A DNA stretch of 64,000 nt from Candidatus Cryptobacteroides sp. (GTDB lineage Bacteria > Bacteroidota > Bacteroidia > Bacteroidales > UBA932). The notes beneath the pieces were generated by a model. That model saw only the letters and a list, made by a program, of their open reading frames with translations. It ran no database searches and had not been told where the DNA came from. Each line of letters opens with the position of its first letter. Within the stretch, counting starts at the first letter, position 1. Below are positions 36,337 to 45,108 of the stretch, piece by piece. Where the stretch lies: assembly GCA_045599225.1 (NCBI GenBank), contig JAZRVN010000030.1, positions 42,035 to 106,034 of the forward strand, in the 5' to 3' direction. The position numbers and the translations under genes were made by a program.

Positions 36337-38391
36337 CTATATTTTCATTGCCACATCCCAGGCACGCCAGATGGCCGTACGCAGGTTACCTATTCCGTTG
36401 CAATCTCCTACGAGCTTAACCTTTCCTTTCTCCTCGAAGAGTGGCTGAGGTCGGTATCCCATCGAAGTGATTACGGTGTCGCCCTCTATTTCGAAGACTT
36501 TCCCGTCTTTGTCCACCACGGTTACTCCCTTGTCGGTAAACTCCTTCAGTCTGGTGTCAAGATGCACCTCCACCTTGTTGAGTTCGAAGAAATCCCTCAG
36601 GTATGAACTGTTTGCAAGGCATACGCCCTTAACGGCAATGAGGTCGTTTTTCATCTCCACAATCACGGGAGTCTTACCCTTCAGGTAAAGGTCATAGGCG
36701 ATTTCGCAACCGGTAAGCCCTCCGCCTATTATGATAACCTTCTGTCCGGTAGGGGCTCCGTCCAGATAATCGCAGGCCTCGATGGATTTCCCGATACCGG
36801 GAATGCGGGGACGGTTTGCCTTTCCTCCGGTTGCAACTACCACTTTGTCGAATTCTCCGAGTTCCTCAATAGACTTAACGGTGGTGTTGAAACGGATTTC
36901 GATTCCAAGATCCTTCATTTCCTTCCCATACCAGGCAAGCAGTTCCCTGTCCTTTTCCTTGAACGAAGGAGCAGCGGCAAAGTTGAACACTCCGCCAAGA
37001 CGCTCCGACTTCTCGAATATTACAGGCTTGTGGCCCCTGAGAGCAAGTACACGAGCCGTTTCCATTCCACCGATTCCGGCACCTATCACAGCCACCTTCT
37101 TCTGCTTCTTTGCGGGAACTATCTTATACTTGCGTGACTGCATCGTAGTGGGATTGATTGCACATCGGGCCATTCCCATATTGTCGGAAAGGCTCTGGTC
37201 GTTGCCAACTCCCTTGTACGATGCCATATTGAAACAGGCATTGTGACAGCAGATGCAGGGGCGGATCGACTCCAGGTCTCCTTTCATAAGTTTGGTAATC
37301 CACTGAGGGTCGGCCAGGAACTGACGGGCAACGCCCATAGCGTCTATCTGCCCGGCGGCTACCGCCTCGGCGGCGGTTTCGGGAGTCATTCGGCCTGCGC
37401 ACACTACAGGGATGTCCACGTATTTCTTAATGTGGCTTACATCCTCGAGGTTGCAGTTCTGCGGCATATACATAGGCGGATGAGCCCAGTACCAGGCATC
37501 GTAGGTTCCATTGTCGCAGTTGAGCATATCGTATCCGGCATCCTGCAGATATTTTGCAGCCCTTTCGCTCTCTTCCATATCTCGACCCATCTCAACGTAG
37601 TCTTCGCCGGGCATCGCGCCTTTTCCGAAGTCCTTGGTTTTGGAAACCACCGAATAACGCAGAGAAACGGGGAAATCCTTGCCGCACACATTCTTGATAG
37701 CCTTCACTATTTCTACGGGGAAACGGTAGCGGTTCTCGAAACTTCCACCGTACTCGTCGTCACGCAGGTTCGTATATTTCATCGTGAACTGGTCCAACAG
37801 ATAGCCTTCGTGTACAGCATGAATCTCCACACCATCCACGCCTGCATCCATACACAGTTTGGCAGTCTTGGCAAAGGCTTCCACCATTTCATCGATTTCC
37901 TTCTTGGTCAAAGGGCGGGACATACAGCTTTCTTCCCAGCGGTTGGGGGTAGCCGAAGCCGAAGCCGTAAGGTAGTCCATATCCAGAATCGGCTTCATTA
38001 CAAACCCCAGGGCCTTGTTCTTGCAAGCCTTTACCATAATGTCGTTGATAGCCATACTTCTTCCGAATCCGGCTGTCATCTGCACGAACATCTTGGCTCC
38101 GGTCTTGTGGAATTCATCCATAAATTCCTTGAGTTCCTTGAATTTTCCCTTGCCCTGATACAGCCATTTGCCAAGAATGATATCCTTGATGGGCGCAATA
38201 CCGGGCAGAATAAGTCCGACGTTGTTTTTTGCTCTCTCGAGAAGGAAGTTCGCGGCTTCCTTGTCAAAGTGGTTGGGTTCCAGCCATCCGAAAATGGATG
38301 TGCCTCCCATAGAAGTCATCACAATGCGGTTCTTGATTTCTACATTGCCTATCTTCCACGGGGTAAACAAGGCTTCATACTTTTGGTCCAT
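36337..38391 (-). CDS. FadH / 2-enoate-reductase-type flavoenzyme (OYE-like FMN domain + 4Fe-4S + FAD/NAD(P) Rossmann domain)
   Basis: 684 aa with an N-terminal OYE-like TIM barrel. The Cys cluster is CICCHNAC..(23 aa)..C. The Rossmann motif is VAVIGAGIGGMETA. Confidence 0.8.
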   Translation of the reverse strand: MDQKYEALFTPWKIGNVEIKNRIVMTSMGGTSIFGWLEPNHFDKEAANFLLERAKNNVGLILPGIAPIKDIILGKWLYQGKGKFKELKEFMDEFHKTGAKMFVQMTAGFGRSMAINDIMVKACKNKALGFVMKPILDMDYLTASASATPNRWEESCMSRPLTKKEIDEMVEAFAKTAKLCMDAGVDGVEIHAVHEGYLLDQFTMKYTNLRDDEYGGSFENRYRFPVEIVKAIKNVCGKDFPVSLRYSVVSKTKDFGKGAMPGEDYVEMGRDMEESERAAKYLQDAGYDMLNCDNGTYDAWYWAHPPMYMPQNCNLEDVSHIKKYVDIPVVCAGRMTPETAAEAVAAGQIDAMGVARQFLADPQWITKLMKGDLESIRPCICCHNACFNMASYKGVGNDQSLSDNMGMARCAINPTTMQSRKYKIVPAKKQKKVAVIGAGIGGMETARVLALRGHKPVIFEKSERLGGVFNFAAAPSFKEKDRELLAWYGKEMKDLGIEIRFNTTVKSIEELGEFDKVVVATGGKANRPRIPGIGKSIEACDYLDGAPTGQKVIIIGGGLTGCEIAYDLYLKGKTPVIVEMKNDLIAVKGVCLANSSYLRDFFELNKVEVHLDTRLKEFTDKGVTVVDKDGKVFEIEGDTVITSMGYRPQPLFEEKGKVKLVGDCNGIGNLRTAIWRAWDVAMKI

Positions 38392-38418
38392 AGGTTAGTG
38401 TTATTGTGTTGTTTGTGT

Positions 38419-39012
38419 TTAGCGATATTCTACAATCTCCTCAAGAGACTTGCGGTCGGTATGCTTCGGCGAAGGCTCGCAGTCCTTTGCGGCATAACCG
38501 AAAGGCATTACAAGCACCGGAACAACGTTTTCGGGAAGTTCCAGAGCCGCAGACAGAGCCTGCGGATTGAAATAGCCCACAAGGCAGGTTCCGATTCCAA
38601 GGTCTGCAGCTTCCAGCATCATATGGGTTATAACAATGGTGGCATCTATTTCTCCATAGCTGCCGTTCTCTCCCCTGTGTGCCGCCACATTCTTGTCGTA
38701 GCAAACTACAAAGCAATGCGGAGCGCCGTAAATGCAAGGGGAAACTTCATTCATTTTCTGCATCATCTCCCCCGATTCCACCACATAAATCTTCTGAGGC
38801 TGGGCATTGACTGCGGTAGGAGCCAACTGTCCTGCCTTGAGAATCTTCTCCACAACAGCGGAGTCCACAACGGTTGAGTCAAATTTCCGCACCGAATACC
38901 GGTCTGCGGCAAGGGCCAGAAAATCGCCGTCTGCGCAGCCGGCCTCGCTGCGGCAGGATGCGCCGGACATTATCATAACTGACATCAAAAAAAGGTTAAT
39001 TAGTTTTTTCAT
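38419..39012 (-). CDS. Nitroreductase-family protein with signal/lipoprotein leader
   Basis: MKKLINLFLMSVMIMSGASC followed by RYSVRKF. Confidence 0.75.
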   Translation of the reverse strand: MKKLINLFLMSVMIMSGASCRSEAGCADGDFLALAADRYSVRKFDSTVVDSAVVEKILKAGQLAPTAVNAQPQKIYVVESGEMMQKMNEVSPCIYGAPHCFVVCYDKNVAAHRGENGSYGEIDATIVITHMMLEAADLGIGTCLVGYFNPQALSAALELPENVVPVLVMPFGYAAKDCEPSPKHTDRKSLEEIVEYR

Positions 39013-39035
39013 ATAAAGAATTGTTTGTGTTTTCT

Positions 39036-41609
39036 TTAAAACAGTTCTTCCTTTATCCTGCGGAGCAAGTCGAAAGCCTGCATAGGAGTAATGTTGTTGA
39101 TATCCACCTTTTCAATCTTCTCACGAATCGAGCTCAGGGTCGGGTCATCCAGCTGGAAGATGGACAACTGCACCCCATCGGCAGCTTCGGCCGATGGGGA
39201 ATGCCCGTTTTCGAGATTCCTCAACGTCCTTTCCGCACTCTCGATCACTTCCCTGGGCATCCCGGCCATTCTGGCAACGTGTACTCCGAAACTGTGGGCC
39301 GAACCCCCTTCGCAAAGTTTTCTCAGGAAAATTATTTCCTTGCCCGATTCCTTAACCGAAACGTGGTAGTTCTTCACTCTGGGATATATGCTTTCAAGGT
39401 CGTTGAGCTCGTGGTAGTGGGTGGCAAACAACGTTTTTGCCCCCTTACCCTTTTCGTGAATGAATTCCACCAGCGCCCTGGCTATGGACATTCCGTCATA
39501 AGTCGAGGTTCCCCTTCCAATCTCGTCGAGCAATACCAGGGAACGCCGCGACAGATTGTGCATAATCATCGATGTCTCCAGCATCTCCACCATAAAAGTG
39601 GACTCCCCCCGGGAAATATTGTCGGTCGCCCCCACTCTGGTGAAGATTTTGTCGAAATACCCCATCTCCACACTCTTTGCTGGCACAAACGAACCTATCT
39701 GCGCCATCAGCACAATAAGGGCTGTCTGCCTTAGGAGAGCTGATTTTCCGGCCATATTGGGCCCGGTGAGGATTATTATCTGTTTGCTGTTGCTGTCCAG
39801 ACTTATGTCGTTGGGCACATATTCCTGCCCGGGCTCCATCAGCGTTTCTATTACAGGATGCCGGCCTTCCTTGATTTCCAGGCCGGTTCCCTTGTTCACA
39901 ACAGCCCGGCAATAGCCTCTTTCGTCGGCCAGAAGACCGAAATTCGACAGCACGTCAAGCTTGGAGATAACTGCACAACTTTTCTGGATATCCTTCACAT
40001 AACCCTGCATCTCCGCTATGAGATTTGCGTAGATTCCCGATTCAATGGCATATATCCGGTCCTCAGCCGTGAGTATCTTCTCTTCGTATTCCTTGAGTTC
40101 CCGGGTAATATAGCGCTCTGCACTTACAAGAGTCTGCTTCCTTATCCATTCTGCAGGAACCTGTTCCCTGTACGTATTGCGGACTTCGATATAATATCCG
40201 AATACGTTGTTATAACCTATTTTAAGTGAATTGATTCCCGTCCTCTCTATTTCCCTGCGCTGCATTTCCTGCAGGAATTCCTTTCCTCCGCGGGAAATTT
40301 CCCTGAGTTCATCAAGTTCCCGGTCGAATCCGGAGGCAATCACATCCCCTTTCCCCACCTGGGCGGCGGGTTCTTCGCACAGAATCTGCCTTATCCGGGT
40401 TTCCAACTTGGTAAAATCCTTCACCCCCTGTCCCAGCGAGCGCAGCACTTCAACTCCGGAGGCCTCGCAAAGTTCCCTGATAGGCACGAATCGGCCCAGA
40501 CTCCGGCTCAGGCCCAGCGCTTCGCGCGGATGAATCTTTCCGGTTGCAACGCGGGACATTACCCTTTCCATATCCCCTACCTGCGAAATATCCTGCCGGA
40601 TGGATTCCCTCCCCGAAGGGTTTTCCTTGAAATACTGCACTGCATCATAGCGAGCGTTAAGCTCGGTAATATCCAGAACCGGCATCGCAAGCCATTGACG
40701 CAGGAGCCTTGCTCCCATAGGAGAGCTGCACTTGTCGATAACGTCCACCAAGCTTACCCCGTCCTTTCCGGCATTGCTTTGGAAAATCTCAAGATTACGG
40801 AAGGTAAAACGGTCCATCCACACAAATTTTCCTTCATCGATTCTGGAAAGCGAGCAGATATTCCTGAGTCCGGTGTGCTGAGTCCTTTCAAGATAAACTA
40901 TGAGTGCCCCGGCAGAGCAAACCGCAAGAGGAAATTTCTCCACCGCAAAGCCTTTCAGGGAAGAAACGCCGAACTGTCGGCAGAGTTTTTCATACGCCGC
41001 ATCATAAACGAAAGCCCATTCGTCTATCGAGCTCACGTAAAAATCCGGGAATTTTTCCCTTATCATTCTTACGGAATCGCTGCACGCCACTATTTCCCTT
41101 GCGTGCAGGGAAGACATAAGGGAAGAAACGTATTCCGGGGAACCTTGGGAGAGCTGAAACGTGCCGGTACTCACGTCGAGAAAGGCCACTCCGGCTTCTT
41201 CTCCCTCAAAACAGAGTCCTGCCAGATAGTTGTGCTCCTTGCAGTCCAGCATTCCTTCGCCAAAGGCAATGCCGGGAGTAAGAATCTCGGTAACGCCCCT
41301 CTTTACAAGCTTGTTCCTTGCCAGCGCAGGGTCTTCCAGCTGATCACAAACCGCAACTTTATATCCCGCACGGATTAGTTTGGTAATATACTGTTCTATG
41401 GCGTGATGGGGGAATCCGGCCATCGGTGTGGCTTCCTTGTCGCCGTTACTCCTTTTCGTAAGAACCAACCCCAAAACCTTGCTCGCAAGCAGAGCATCGT
41501 CGCTGTATGTCTCATAAAAATCCCCTACCCTGTACAACAGGACAGCCTCAGGATTCTGCGCTTTGATGCTGAAATACTGCTTGAGCATCGGAGTGTCTTC
41601 TCTCGCCAT
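39036..41609 (-). CDS. mutS: DNA mismatch repair protein MutS
   Basis: TPMLKQYF, LYRVGDFYE, Walker A GPNMAGKS, 857 aa. Confidence 0.97.
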   Translation of the reverse strand: MAREDTPMLKQYFSIKAQNPEAVLLYRVGDFYETYSDDALLASKVLGLVLTKRSNGDKEATPMAGFPHHAIEQYITKLIRAGYKVAVCDQLEDPALARNKLVKRGVTEILTPGIAFGEGMLDCKEHNYLAGLCFEGEEAGVAFLDVSTGTFQLSQGSPEYVSSLMSSLHAREIVACSDSVRMIREKFPDFYVSSIDEWAFVYDAAYEKLCRQFGVSSLKGFAVEKFPLAVCSAGALIVYLERTQHTGLRNICSLSRIDEGKFVWMDRFTFRNLEIFQSNAGKDGVSLVDVIDKCSSPMGARLLRQWLAMPVLDITELNARYDAVQYFKENPSGRESIRQDISQVGDMERVMSRVATGKIHPREALGLSRSLGRFVPIRELCEASGVEVLRSLGQGVKDFTKLETRIRQILCEEPAAQVGKGDVIASGFDRELDELREISRGGKEFLQEMQRREIERTGINSLKIGYNNVFGYYIEVRNTYREQVPAEWIRKQTLVSAERYITRELKEYEEKILTAEDRIYAIESGIYANLIAEMQGYVKDIQKSCAVISKLDVLSNFGLLADERGYCRAVVNKGTGLEIKEGRHPVIETLMEPGQEYVPNDISLDSNSKQIIILTGPNMAGKSALLRQTALIVLMAQIGSFVPAKSVEMGYFDKIFTRVGATDNISRGESTFMVEMLETSMIMHNLSRRSLVLLDEIGRGTSTYDGMSIARALVEFIHEKGKGAKTLFATHYHELNDLESIYPRVKNYHVSVKESGKEIIFLRKLCEGGSAHSFGVHVARMAGMPREVIESAERTLRNLENGHSPSAEAADGVQLSIFQLDDPTLSSIREKIEKVDINNITPMQAFDLLRRIKEELF

Positions 41610-41618
41610 AGACCGCAG

Positions 41619-42983
41619 TTAATTGAAAATATTGGTAATGAATATCAGAACCAGCATAACAGGAACAATGTACCGTACCCAAAAATAAAGCAAAGGATAC
41701 AGTTTCAGCGACACTTTATTGGTTCCCCCGTTCGTAAGTTCGCTCCAAACCTTTTTTCTGTCCATTTTCCATCCCACAATAATGGCAAACAGCAGGGAGC
41801 CCAGAATCATCAGCAGGTTGGAAGACACTTTATCCAATATTCCGAATATGTTGTTCCCCTTTATCTGAATCCAGGACAAGGGGCCGAATGACAGGCTGCA
41901 TATTATGCCAATAGCCACACATATTCCGAAACAAATGAACGTGGCTTTTCTTCTGCTGACGCGTTTTTCTTCGACAAAGTATTCCACAAGCACTTCGAGC
42001 ATCGATACTTCGGAAGTTATTGCGGCGCCAAGTATGGAGAGGAAGAAAAATATCGGAACCAGATAACTCAGGACCGGAGATACATCCCCCATCGAGGCGA
42101 AAATATAGGGCAAAGTCTCGAAAACAAGAGAAGGGCCGGCATTGGCTTCGATACCGGCCGAAAATACGGCTGGAATTATTGCAAAGCCCGAAAGAATTGC
42201 AAAGACAGTATCGAAAATTACTGTAAAAAAGCCCGCTGTAACAATGCTTTCATCATTTCTCATATAGGAAGAGAAAACGAGAATCGTACCCACCCCAAGG
42301 GACAGGGAGAAGAACGACTGCCCCATCGCGCTCGCCAGAACTCCCGGAGTTATCTTTCCGAAATCGGGTTTGAGCAGATAATTGATTCCTTCCATCGCTC
42401 CCGGCAGAGTGCAGGAATACACAACGATTACCAATATCAGCACGAACAGCATCGGGACTGTAATGTTGTTGAACTTTTCTATCCCTTTCTTCAATCCGCG
42501 GATTACTATTGCCGCCGTTATAGCAAGGAAAATTATGTGGGAAATTATGGGTTCGAAAGCCGATGAAGAATATTCTCCGAAGAAGGATACCGCCTCCTCT
42601 TTTGAAATTCTTCCGAAAACTCCGGTACAGGCTCTTACGAAATAATCAAGAGCCCATCCTCCGACTACACTGTAAAAAGACGTGATCAGCAAAGGAGCGA
42701 CAATTAGAAGTCCGCACCACTTCTTGCCTGCTTTCCCTTTTACAAAAGGTTTTATTGTGGAGACCATTCCCTTTCCACTGCTTCTTCCAAGCAGGGATTC
42801 GGTAAAGAAAATCGGCAGCGCTACAAGCAATGAACACAGAAGGTAAACCACAATGAATGCCGCTCCACCGTTTTCACCGGCCATATAAGGAAAACGCCAG
42901 ATATTGCCAAGACCTATGGCTGAGCCGGCAAAAGCGGCAAGCAGCGCAAGACGTCCGCTGAATTTTTCTCTCTCCTGTTTCAT
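41619..42983 (-). CDS. Sodium-dependent transporter (neurotransmitter:sodium symporter family)
   Basis: GLGNIWRFPYMAGENGGAAF, with about 11-12 hydrophobic segments. Confidence 0.9.
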   Translation of the reverse strand: MKQEREKFSGRLALLAAFAGSAIGLGNIWRFPYMAGENGGAAFIVVYLLCSLLVALPIFFTESLLGRSSGKGMVSTIKPFVKGKAGKKWCGLLIVAPLLITSFYSVVGGWALDYFVRACTGVFGRISKEEAVSFFGEYSSSAFEPIISHIIFLAITAAIVIRGLKKGIEKFNNITVPMLFVLILVIVVYSCTLPGAMEGINYLLKPDFGKITPGVLASAMGQSFFSLSLGVGTILVFSSYMRNDESIVTAGFFTVIFDTVFAILSGFAIIPAVFSAGIEANAGPSLVFETLPYIFASMGDVSPVLSYLVPIFFFLSILGAAITSEVSMLEVLVEYFVEEKRVSRRKATFICFGICVAIGIICSLSFGPLSWIQIKGNNIFGILDKVSSNLLMILGSLLFAIIVGWKMDRKKVWSELTNGGTNKVSLKLYPLLYFWVRYIVPVMLVLIFITNIFN

Positions 42984-43468
42984 TTTCTTTTGTAGATTTC
43001 AAATTCGAATCTGTACCCCGTGGATTCGTCGCAGTGCGAAGGAGAAACGCTTATCCTCTCCCAAACCGAAAGGTTTATTTCCGGGAAAAACACATCAGCC
43101 TCCGGAACAACGGCGTGCACCCGTGTAATATAAAGAGTATCCATATCGTCGAGAGCCGCCCTGTAGACCGATGCGCCTCCTATTATGAAACATTTTTGCG
43201 CCTCCGATGCGGCTTCATACGCTTCTTCAAAGGAATATACGCACTGAGCCTCGGGAATAGGGTCTCCTCCAAGATTCAATACTATGTTTTTCCTTCCCGG
43301 AAGCGGATGCCTGGGGAGAGAAAAATATGTAGTCCTGCCCATTATTACGGGGAATCCTTCCGTAGTTTCCTTAAAATACTTCAAGTCTTCGCTCAAATGC
43401 CAGGGAAGAGTTCCCTTGACCCCTATTTCGTTCCTGTCACCGATTGCGACTATAAGACATTTTTCCAT
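42980..43468 (-). CDS. folA: Dihydrofolate reductase
   Basis: 162 aa. IGVKGTLPWHL..DLKYFKETT..VIMGRTTY. Confidence 0.9.
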   Translation of the reverse strand: MEKCLIVAIGDRNEIGVKGTLPWHLSEDLKYFKETTEGFPVIMGRTTYFSLPRHPLPGRKNIVLNLGGDPIPEAQCVYSFEEAYEAASEAQKCFIIGGASVYRAALDDMDTLYITRVHAVVPEADVFFPEINLSVWERISVSPSHCDESTGYRFEFEIYKRK

Positions 43469-43470
43469 AT

Positions 43471-44265
43471 CTAAACTGCTACGGGAGCCTTGATTGCAGG
43501 CCAGGGATTATACTCTTCGAGGGTAAAGTCCTCGTACTTGAAGTCGAAGATGCTCTTTACCTCGGGATTGATTTTCATTTTGGGAAGGGGACGCGGCTCA
43601 CGTGAGAGCTGCTCGCGAACCTGCTCGAAGTGATTCAGGTAGATATGCGTGTCGCCCGTAGTATGCACGAACTCCCCGGGTTTCAGACCGCATACCTGAG
43701 CAATCATCATAGTAAGCAACGCATAGGAAGCGATATTGAACGGCACTCCAAGGAAAGTGTCTGCGCTGCGCTGGTAGAGCTGGCAGCTCAGGCGTCCGTC
43801 GGCAACGTAGAACTGAAAGAAACAATGACAGGGAGGAAGCGCCATTCTGTCCACATCGGACGGGTTCCAGGCGCAGACTATCATTCTGCGGGAATCGGGA
43901 TTCTTCTTTATTGTCTCTATTACCTCCGAAAGCTGGTCAATCGCACGTCCGTCGGGAGTACGCCAGCTGCGCCACTGCTGCCCGTAAACAGGACCGAGGT
44001 CACCGTTTTCGTCGGCCCATTCGTCCCAGATGCTTACTCCGTGCTCCTTAAGGTAGGAGATGTTGGTACTGCCCTGAATAAACCACAGCAACTCATAGAT
44101 TATCGATTTCAGGTGCACTTTTTTCGTGGTAAGAAGGGGGAAGCCATCGCTCAGGTCAAAGCGCATCTGATATCCGAATATGCTTTTTGTGCCTACGCCG
44201 GTACGGTCTTGTTTTACTGTACCGTGGTCCATTATCTGCTTCAGAAGGTTCAGGTACTGTTTCAT
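43471..44265 (-). CDS. thyA: Thymidylate synthase
   Basis: [27 protein letters not shown] (catalytic Cys context), 264 aa. Confidence 0.97.
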   Translation of the reverse strand: MKQYLNLLKQIMDHGTVKQDRTGVGTKSIFGYQMRFDLSDGFPLLTTKKVHLKSIIYELLWFIQGSTNISYLKEHGVSIWDEWADENGDLGPVYGQQWRSWRTPDGRAIDQLSEVIETIKKNPDSRRMIVCAWNPSDVDRMALPPCHCFFQFYVADGRLSCQLYQRSADTFLGVPFNIASYALLTMMIAQVCGLKPGEFVHTTGDTHIYLNHFEQVREQLSREPRPLPKMKINPEVKSIFDFKYEDFTLEEYNPWPAIKAPVAV

Positions 44266-45044
44266 ATTATGTTCGATAAAAGGGCAAAGACAGTCTCCAC
44301 AGGAGCATCTTTGAGTATAACTTTCTTATATTCGTCCAAAACGTAAAGAGAAGGTATTGCTCTTACGTTGTACAGCAAATCCTGCCTGATAATGTAGTTA
44401 GGGTCATATCCGTTCTCCCAATCCGAAGGATAATCCACAGCGTATTTTCTCCACTCCTTCAAATCCTCGTCGATATAAATATTCAGGACCGCTATCCTTC
44501 CGGAGGCAACCGCCATACGGAAGGCCTCGCTGGCCTGCAGGGCATCCGTGATTTCCTTACAGGCTTCGCATCCCGGATTGGAAAAGAACAGCAGGGTTGT
44601 CTGCGCCTGAATGTCATACAGCCGTCTTCTTTTACCATCCAACGTCACATATTCGAAATCGGCCGCATTTGTTCCACGACGGTTCAGGGAGCACATTTTT
44701 ACCTGTCTGGCGTAGAACGGACGCAGCGAATCCGGTGTGCTCCCGCTGTTTGCCATCTCCTTTACAAAAGGAAGGTACACGTCTTCATTCCGCAACGGAG
44801 AATTGGGATCATAGAGATAATCCTGAACCAACTGCAGCATTGCAGTATCTTTCTGATTCCGATGATAGAAAACCTTCATACTGTCGGCAATCTGCGCATC
44901 GGTTTTCCCTCCCAAGGTTCTGAGGAACATAATAAGGGTTTCTTCCCTGCTTGCCGGCAGGGCGGCCCCGGTCCTGTTTCCTGCATTGGAACAGGAAATG
45001 AGCGCAAGGCTTGCCAGAACAAATATGCTAATCCTCCTTCTCAT
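44262..45044 (-). CDS. Thioredoxin-fold lipoprotein (CxxC = CEAC), hypothetical
   Basis: Lipobox LALISC and [15 protein letters not shown] 4 nt overlap with thyA. Confidence 0.6.
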   Translation of the reverse strand: MRRRISIFVLASLALISCSNAGNRTGAALPASREETLIMFLRTLGGKTDAQIADSMKVFYHRNQKDTAMLQLVQDYLYDPNSPLRNEDVYLPFVKEMANSGSTPDSLRPFYARQVKMCSLNRRGTNAADFEYVTLDGKRRRLYDIQAQTTLLFFSNPGCEACKEITDALQASEAFRMAVASGRIAVLNIYIDEDLKEWRKYAVDYPSDWENGYDPNYIIRQDLLYNVRAIPSLYVLDEYKKVILKDAPVETVFALLSNII

Positions 45045-45108
45045 CGTATTTTCAACAACATACCCATACTTGCAAAGTTAACGATTTTTTATGTTACTTT
45101 TGCGTTGT

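Noticed and set aside
37243-38877. 544-aa ORF on the plus strand
   Set aside because: It is antisense to the enoate-reductase-type gene and the nitroreductase gene and crosses their intergenic gap. No motifs are present, so it is a shadow ORF.
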